Assembly: GCA_041737325.1 (NCBI GenBank)
Contig: JBGSRY010000114.1
Location: 1 to 42,268, forward strand
Source: Rhodoferax sp.
Lineage (GTDB): Bacteria; Pseudomonadota; Gammaproteobacteria; Burkholderiales; Burkholderiaceae_C
Length of the DNA stretch: 42,268 nt
Direction: 5' to 3'
The position numbers and the translations under genes are program-made. Below are positions 36,845 through 42,268 of the stretch, in pieces (position 1 is the first letter of the stretch; every line of letters begins with the position of its first letter). Below the pieces are notes generated by a model. That model was not told where the DNA came from. It did no database searches and saw only the letters and a list, made by a program, of their open reading frames with translations.

Positions 36845-37015
36845 TCATCCGGCGGCCAGTGAGGGCTCCACGTAGGCGGTCACCACTTTCAAGCTGTTGG
36901 AGTTCAGGGCTTCGATGACGTCTTTGCCGCCGGCGTCGGGGTTGGGGTTGCTGAACAGGCGGTCGTACAGATGGGTGTACGGCGTGTCCGTGGCCTGGTC
37001 GTCGTTGATTTTCAT
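36845..37015 (-). pseudogene. Chimeric remnant: DUF2283-like N-terminus fused to a duplicated glnS segment
   Basis: MKINDDQATDTPYTHL resembles the DUF2283 start MKIxYDxxxDxLYIxL. Bases 36850-36970 match glnS 37597-37717 at 113/121 nt by manual count. Confidence 0.75.
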
Positions 37016-37020
37016 GGGAC

Positions 37021-37212
37021 TCACGCCGCTTTGCGGTATTCCACTGGCAGCAGGCCTTCCTTCTTGGCGTCGAGCAGCACGATTTCCACAATGCTGCCGT
37101 CTTCGGCGTAGCTGATGTTGGTGTGCCAACCTTGGGATTCTTCGCGCACGATGGCCTTGTCGGACACGCGAATCTGCAGGATGTCGTCATTCTCGAAATA
37201 GGTGCTTTTCAT
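37021..37212 (-). CDS. DUF2283 family putative antitoxin
   Basis: 63 aa, MKxxYxxxxDILxI...YxxDGxIVxIxxLDA pattern. Confidence 0.8.
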   Translation of the reverse strand: MKSTYFENDDILQIRVSDKAIVREESQGWHTNISYAEDGSIVEIVLLDAKKEGLLPVEYRKAA

Positions 37213-37469
37213 GGTGCGGGCCTCCAGTGGTGCATCACGGTCTTGATGACCAGAACATTGTCGATGACGGCGGCGACGCACAGCAAGTTGCCATCGCGCT
37301 CGGGGTAGTGTTTGTAGAACCAGAAGTGGCCTGGACCGGCCTCTTGCTGTGTGCCGTTGTCAACGATGTCCTGTATCAATTCTGGGTTGATGTTGCGTTC
37401 ACGGGCGCGCTGCTGGGCATGCACTGTGAGCACGATGTCCAGCCCTCCCAAGCGCTTGCTTTGCGACAT
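37209..37469 (-). CDS. DUF4258 (BrnT/RelE-fold-like) putative toxin
   Basis: TxHAxxRxxERxI and terminal IKTV motifs. TAATG overlap with the glnS stop and ATGA overlap with DUF2283. Confidence 0.8.
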   Translation of the reverse strand: MSQSKRLGGLDIVLTVHAQQRARERNINPELIQDIVDNGTQQEAGPGHFWFYKHYPERDGNLLCVAAVIDNVLVIKTVMHHWRPAP

Positions 37470-39319
37470 TACTTGCCCCAAGAGTCTTTCAACCCCGTAA
37501 CCCGGTTAAACACCGGCTTCACTCCCGCCACGTGATCCACCCGGTCCGCCACAAAGTACCCAAACCGCTCAAACTGGAACTTCTGATCCGGTTTCGCGGC
37601 GGCCAGTGAGGGTTCCACGTAGGCGGTGACGATTTTCAGGCTGTTGGGGTTCAGGGCTTCGATGAAGTCTTTGCCGCCGGCGTCGGGGTTGGGGTCGCTG
37701 AACAGGCGGTCGTACAGGCGCACTTCGGCGCTCACGCCGCTGGTCACGCTCACCCAGGTGATGGCGGCTTTGGCTTTCACGCTGTCGGCGCCGGGCGTGC
37801 CGCTTTTGGTGCCGGGGATGACTTTGGCGTGCACTTCGGTCACCTGGCCGCTCGCATCCTTGGCGCAGCCGGTGCACTCAATCACGTAGCCGCCCTTGAG
37901 GCGCACCACGGCGCCGGGGGATGGGGTTCCGTCAGGGTTCACCTTGGGCGGGCTCAGGCGCTTGTAGCCCTTGGGCGGCACTTCTTCAAAGTCTTCGCGT
38001 TCGATCCACACCTCTTTGCCGATCTTGAACACGCGGTCGGGCGGCGGGGTTTGCCCGTCTGCAATGGCGCTGTGGGGCAGGGCGGGCTGGGTGCAGTCTT
38101 CGGTGTAGGTGTCGGCGCCAAACACGTCGGCCCAGTTGGTGATCACGAGCTTGACGGGGTCGAGCACGGCCATGCCGCGGTGGGCCTTGTTCTCCAGGTC
38201 TTCGCGCAGGCAGCCTTCGAGCGTGCTGTAGTCGATCCAGCTGTCGCTTTTGGTCACGCCGATGCGTTCGGCAAAAAGCTGGAGGCTCTCGGGCGTGTAG
38301 CCGCGGCGGCGCAGGCCGACGATGGTGGGCATGCGCGGGTCGTCCCAGCCGTTGACCTTGTGGTCGTACACCAGCTGTGCGAGCTTGCGTTTGCTGGTGA
38401 TGACGTAGGTGAGGTTCAGGCGCGCAAATTCATACTGACGCGGGGGCGGGCTTTGCAGCAGGCCACCTTCGGTGAGGCGCTCCAGCAGCCAGTCGTAAAA
38501 CGGGCGCTGGTCTTCAAATTCGAGCGTGCAGATGCTGTGGGTGATCTGCTCCAGCGCGTCCTCGATGGGGTGCGCAAAGGTGTACATGGGGTAGATGCAC
38601 CATTTGTCGCCGGTGTTGTGGTGGGTGGCGCGGCGGATGCGGTAGATGGCCGGGTCGCGCAGGTTGATGTTGGGGCTGGCCATGTCGATCTTGGCGCGCA
38701 GCACCATGCTGCCGTCTTCGTGCTGGCCGTCGCGCATTTCGCGAAAGCGCGCCAGGTTCTCGGCGGGCGTGCGGCTGCGGTAGGGGCTGTCGACGCCGGG
38801 TTTGCCGAAGTCGCCACGGGCCAGGCGCATCTGCTCGGCGGTTTGTTCGTCCACGTAGGCATGGCCGGCGTCAATCAGATATTCGGCGGCGCGGTACATG
38901 AAGTCGAAGTAGTCGCTGGCGTAATAGAGGTGGCTCTCGGCCTTACCGTTGAAGGCGCTGTCCCACGAAAAGCCGAGCCACCGCACCGCGTCGAGGATGG
39001 AGTCGACGTATTCCTTTTCTTCCTTCTCGGGGTTGGTGTCGTCAAAGCGCATGTGGCACACGCCGCCGTAATCACGCGCCAGGCCGAAATTCAGGCAGAT
39101 GCTTTTGGCGTGGCCAATGTGCAGGTAGCCGTTGGGTTCGGGTGGAAAGCGGGTGCGGATGCGCGCCGGGTCGGGGCCACCACTGGCCTGCGCGGTGGCG
39201 TCGCCGGGGCGGCCAGCCCAATGGCGGCCTGAATAGGTGTTGGCGGCCAGGTCGTGTTCGATGATCTGGCGCAGGAAATTGCTGGGTTTTGTGGTGTCTT
39301 TTTCTGTGGGGACGGTCAT
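37469..39319 (-). CDS. glnS: Glutamine--tRNA ligase
   Basis: TRFPPEPNGYLHIGHAK, SKRKL, WDDPRMPT, RLYDRLF and FQFERxGYF motifs. Confidence 0.98.
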   Translation of the reverse strand: MTVPTEKDTTKPSNFLRQIIEHDLAANTYSGRHWAGRPGDATAQASGGPDPARIRTRFPPEPNGYLHIGHAKSICLNFGLARDYGGVCHMRFDDTNPEKEEKEYVDSILDAVRWLGFSWDSAFNGKAESHLYYASDYFDFMYRAAEYLIDAGHAYVDEQTAEQMRLARGDFGKPGVDSPYRSRTPAENLARFREMRDGQHEDGSMVLRAKIDMASPNINLRDPAIYRIRRATHHNTGDKWCIYPMYTFAHPIEDALEQITHSICTLEFEDQRPFYDWLLERLTEGGLLQSPPPRQYEFARLNLTYVITSKRKLAQLVYDHKVNGWDDPRMPTIVGLRRRGYTPESLQLFAERIGVTKSDSWIDYSTLEGCLREDLENKAHRGMAVLDPVKLVITNWADVFGADTYTEDCTQPALPHSAIADGQTPPPDRVFKIGKEVWIEREDFEEVPPKGYKRLSPPKVNPDGTPSPGAVVRLKGGYVIECTGCAKDASGQVTEVHAKVIPGTKSGTPGADSVKAKAAITWVSVTSGVSAEVRLYDRLFSDPNPDAGGKDFIEALNPNSLKIVTAYVEPSLAAAKPDQKFQFERFGYFVADRVDHVAGVKPVFNRVTGLKDSWGK

Positions 39320-39414
39320 GGGTTCATTTTAGACATCATGGCCGCACCCGCCCTGCGCAGGTGGTCTCGGGCAGCCGCCGTCAGAGCCGCCCTGCGGCAA
39401 GCGCCCGGGCCGTG

Positions 39415-40053
39415 TCAGTCGCTGGCAATCCCGGTGCGCGACAACACGTCGCTCACCAGTTCCAGCCGGATCAACGGGTTCTCCAGCTCCATCAATTGCT
39501 GTTTGAGCTTGAGCGGCAGCGGCAACAGTTCGCACCAGCGGTTGGCCACCCAGCCGCAGTCGTCCAGGCGGTAGGGCGGCACCAGCGGCAACTGCCCTTC
39601 GGGCGTGGCACGCTGTTTCAGCGATTCGATGAGGCGGCCCAGGGCGCGCGCGGTCTCTTGCAGATCGTCCGGCACGGGCACGGCCAGGTCGTCGTCCAGG
39701 CGGCTCACGTCGGCAATCCACAGGCCGTGGCGCAGTTGTTGTCGGCTCGTGATGCGAAAACGCTGGGCGGCCTCGCCGCGCACCAGCATCAACCCAGGCT
39801 GTGGGGTTTCGAGGCCCGCGATGGTGGCCAGCGTGCCGACATCGCTGAACGATTCGGGCCCACCGCCGGCATGCCGAACCTCGGCGCCCTGCGTGAGCGA
39901 CACCACGCCAAAAGGGGCTCCGGCCTTGTGGCAGCGGGCAATCATGTCGAGGTAGCGCACCTCGAAAATCCGCAGTGGCAGCAGGCCACCGGGAAACAAC
40001 ACGGTCCCCAGCGGAAACAGGGGCAGGGAAGTCAGATGGAGGGAATTGGACAT
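39415..40053 (-). CDS. Lon protease substrate-binding (N-terminal) domain protein
   Basis: LPLFPLxxVLFPGxxLPLRIFExRY motif. Confidence 0.92.
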   Translation of the reverse strand: MSNSLHLTSLPLFPLGTVLFPGGLLPLRIFEVRYLDMIARCHKAGAPFGVVSLTQGAEVRHAGGGPESFSDVGTLATIAGLETPQPGLMLVRGEAAQRFRITSRQQLRHGLWIADVSRLDDDLAVPVPDDLQETARALGRLIESLKQRATPEGQLPLVPPYRLDDCGWVANRWCELLPLPLKLKQQLMELENPLIRLELVSDVLSRTGIASD

Positions 40054-40105
40054 GGCGCGTCAATCAGGTGCGGCTATCATCCCACGACCTGATTGTTCTC
40101 CCAAC

Positions 40106-40654
40106 ATGGCCTACCAAATCCTTTCTTTTCTGCTTGACGTGGCAACCGGCCTGCTGGGCGGCGCGTGCCTGCTGCGCCTGTACATGCAACACCAGCGCAT
40201 TCCTTTTGGCAATCCGGTGGGACGGCTGATTTTTGCACTCACCGACTGGCTGGTGCTGCCGCTGCGGCGTGTCGTCCGGTCTGTCGGGCGTTGGGATCTG
40301 GCCAGCCTGGTGGCCGTGTTTTTACTGGAGCTGGCGCAGTTTTCGCTGTTGTGGCTGATCGCGGGAGGCGCCGTCCATTTTGGCGGGGTGCTGGTTCTGG
40401 CCTTGTTTGGCGTTGTCCGCCTGACGATCTCCGGGGTGACGGCACTGCTGATCGTGTCCGTCATCCTGTCGTGGGTGCAGTCGAACTCGCCGCTGGTGAG
40501 CATTGTGGAGCGCCTGGCGGCGCCCATCCTGCGCCCGTTCCGGCGCATGATCCCGCTGGTGGGGGGGATTGATCTTTCGCCGCTGGCTGTGCTGGTGCTG
40601 CTGCAGGTGGCGGCGATGGTACTGGCCGAATTGCAGCGCCAAGTGCTGCGCTGA
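40106..40654 (+). CDS. yggT: YggT family membrane protein
   Basis: Two YGGT repeats (NP...TxxLVxPLRR and PxRRxIPxxGGIDLSP), hydrophobic. Confidence 0.9.
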   Translation: MAYQILSFLLDVATGLLGGACLLRLYMQHQRIPFGNPVGRLIFALTDWLVLPLRRVVRSVGRWDLASLVAVFLLELAQFSLLWLIAGGAVHFGGVLVLALFGVVRLTISGVTALLIVSVILSWVQSNSPLVSIVERLAAPILRPFRRMIPLVGGIDLSPLAVLVLLQVAAMVLAELQRQVLR

Positions 40655-40663
40655 TCGGGCAGA

Positions 40664-41536
40664 TCAGGCGACGGCGTCGGCCGGTTGGCGCAACAGCATG
40701 GCCAGGGTGTTGGCCACCGTCTTGCGCAGTTCGCGGCGGTCGCAGATGAAGTCGATCGCGCCCTTTTGCTGCAGGAATTCAGCCCGCTGGAAGCCCTCGG
40801 GCAGCGTCACCCGCACCGTGGACTCGATCACGCGCGGCCCGGCAAAGCCAATCAGGGCCTTGGGTTCGGCAATCACCACGTCGCCCATGAAGGCAAAGCC
40901 CGCACTCACGCCACCCATGGTCGGGTCGGTCAGGACGCTGACGTAGGGCAGCCCCTTTTTGGCCAGGCGTGTCAGGGCGGCATTGGTTTTGGCCATTTGC
41001 ATCAGGGACAGCAGACCTTCCTGCATGCGGGCTCCACCTGTAGCCGTGAAGCAGACGAAAGGGACTTTCTGCTCGATGGCCGTTTGAACACCGCGCACAA
41101 ACCGCTCGCCCACCACCGAGCCCATGCTGCCGCCCATGAAATCGAATTCGAAGCAGGCCACCACCACATTGATGCTGAGCACCGAGCCGCCCATGACGAT
41201 CAGGGCATCGGTTTCGCCCGTGTTTTCCAGGGCCTCCTTGAGGCGTTCAGGGTACTTGCGGCTGTCCTTGAACTTCAGCGGGTCGACGGGCATGACCTCC
41301 TGGCCGACTTCGTAGCGGCCTTCTGCGTCCAGAAAGGCGTCCAGCCGGGCACGCGCTCCGATGCGGTGATGGTGGTTGCAGTTGGGGCATACATTCTGGT
41401 TCTGTTCCAGGTCGGCCTTGTACAGAACGGTCTCGCAGCTCGGGCATTTGATCCAAAGGCCCTCGGGCACCTGGCGGCGCTCGGTCGGGTCGGTTTGCTG
41501 GATTTTTGGGGGGAGCAGTTTTTCTAGCCAGGACAT
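40664..41536 (-). CDS. accD: Acetyl-CoA carboxylase carboxyltransferase beta subunit
   Basis: WxKCxxC...CxxC zinc finger, [12 protein letters not shown] and GGARMQE motifs. Confidence 0.98.
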   Translation of the reverse strand: MSWLEKLLPPKIQQTDPTERRQVPEGLWIKCPSCETVLYKADLEQNQNVCPNCNHHHRIGARARLDAFLDAEGRYEVGQEVMPVDPLKFKDSRKYPERLKEALENTGETDALIVMGGSVLSINVVVACFEFDFMGGSMGSVVGERFVRGVQTAIEQKVPFVCFTATGGARMQEGLLSLMQMAKTNAALTRLAKKGLPYVSVLTDPTMGGVSAGFAFMGDVVIAEPKALIGFAGPRVIESTVRVTLPEGFQRAEFLQQKGAIDFICDRRELRKTVANTLAMLLRQPADAVA

Positions 41537-41558
41537 GGGTTTTCTCCAGGGAACGCGA

Positions 41559-42268
41559 TTATGCGTCGAGCGCGACGCGGATTTCCCGCAGGAAGGCCGA
41601 CGCCGTGGCCACGACCTCGTCGCGCGGCCGGTCTTCGATCAGCTGGATGATCCGGCTGCCGATTACCACCGCGTCGGCCACGGCGCCCACGGCTTGCGCG
41701 GAGGCGGCGTCGCGGATGCCAAACCCCACGCCCACGGGGACCTTCACGTGTGCGCGGATGCGGGGCAGCATTGTGGCCACGGCGCTGGTGTCGAGGTTGC
41801 CGGAGCCGGTCACACCGGCCAGCGACACGTAATACACATAGCCACTGGCCACCCGCGCCACCTGCGCCATGCGCTGCTCGGTGGAGGTGGGCGCGAGCAG
41901 GAAGATCAGGTCCATGCCATTCGCGCGAAGCTGGGCCGCAAAGTGTTCGCACTCTTCGGGCGGGTAATCGACGATCAACACGCCGTCGACGCCGGCCTCG
42001 GAGGCATCGGCGATGAAGCGGTCGGGCCCGTGCCTGAGGTTGTAGCGCTCGACCGGGTTGGCGTAACCCATGAGCACCACCGGCGTGACGGTGTCCTTTT
42101 GGCGGAAGGTGCGCACCATTTCCAGCACCTGCGCCGTGCCAATGCCCAGTGCCAGCGCCTTTTCACCGGCGCGCTGGATCACGGGCCCGTCGGCCGACGG
42201 GTCGCTGAAGGGCACGCCGAGTTCGATCACGTCGGCGCCCGCGGCGACCATGCCGTGCATCAGCGCGG
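41559..42268 (-). CDS. trpA: Tryptophan synthase alpha chain, 5'-partial
   Basis: [17 protein letters not shown], YYVSxxGVTG, VGFGI and VIGS motifs. Confidence 0.97.
   Translation of the reverse strand, partial: ALMHGMVAAGADVIELGVPFSDPSADGPVIQRAGEKALALGIGTAQVLEMVRTFRQKDTVTPVVLMGYANPVERYNLRHGPDRFIADASEAGVDGVLIVDYPPEECEHFAAQLRANGMDLIFLLAPTSTEQRMAQVARVASGYVYYVSLAGVTGSGNLDTSAVATMLPRIRAHVKVPVGVGFGIRDAASAQAVGAVADAVVIGSRIIQLIEDRPRDEVVATASAFLREIRVALDA

Noticed and set aside
36850-37717. glnS repeat pair as a diversity-generating retroelement TR/VR
   Set aside because: Mismatches are not adenine-specific and there is no reverse transcriptase in the window.
1-42268. CRISPR array
   Set aside because: No regularly spaced 23-47 bp repeats seen by eye, and no cas genes.

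Overview
This window looks betaproteobacterial (Comamonadaceae-like, inferred from the glnS/accD/trpA sequences and GC-rich codon use) and has three zones. (1) Bases 1-18662 are the late region of a lambda-like siphovirus prophage: two fibre-like genes, gpW, portal, S49 protease with an internal scaffold start, decoration protein, capsid, tail tube, tail chaperone with a -1 frameshift, tape measure and three tail-tip/receptor proteins. It ends abruptly inside a tail gene, and no lysis genes are present. (2) Bases 18604 to about 32600 are a mostly minus-strand integrative island. It carries a WYL-regulated defence-like operon (WYL - RecQ/PRTase helicase RqlH - DprA-like RqlI - HsdM - truncated HsdS, no HsdR), an origin-like repeat cluster, an in-frame ParB::DUF3987 chimera, a ParB protein, a large serine recombinase, two hypotheticals and a RelE/HigB-type TA pair. 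It ends at a tmRNA/tRNA-Ala-like att scar (CTCCACCA plus terminator). (3) From about 32650 to 42268 lie ArsR-SRPBCC genes, hipBA, a DUF4258/DUF2283 TA cassette coupled to the glnS 3' end with a diverged duplicate glnS segment beyond it, and then the core genes glnS, a Lon N-domain gene, yggT, accD and trpA. Two deletion junctions (about 18660 and about 28010) appear to have reshaped the island. The best candidates for an under-described system are the WYL-RqlHI-HsdMS operon, the recombinase-ParB-ParB module and the glnS-anchored TA cassette site. All family assignments come from motif recognition by eye; no database search was run.
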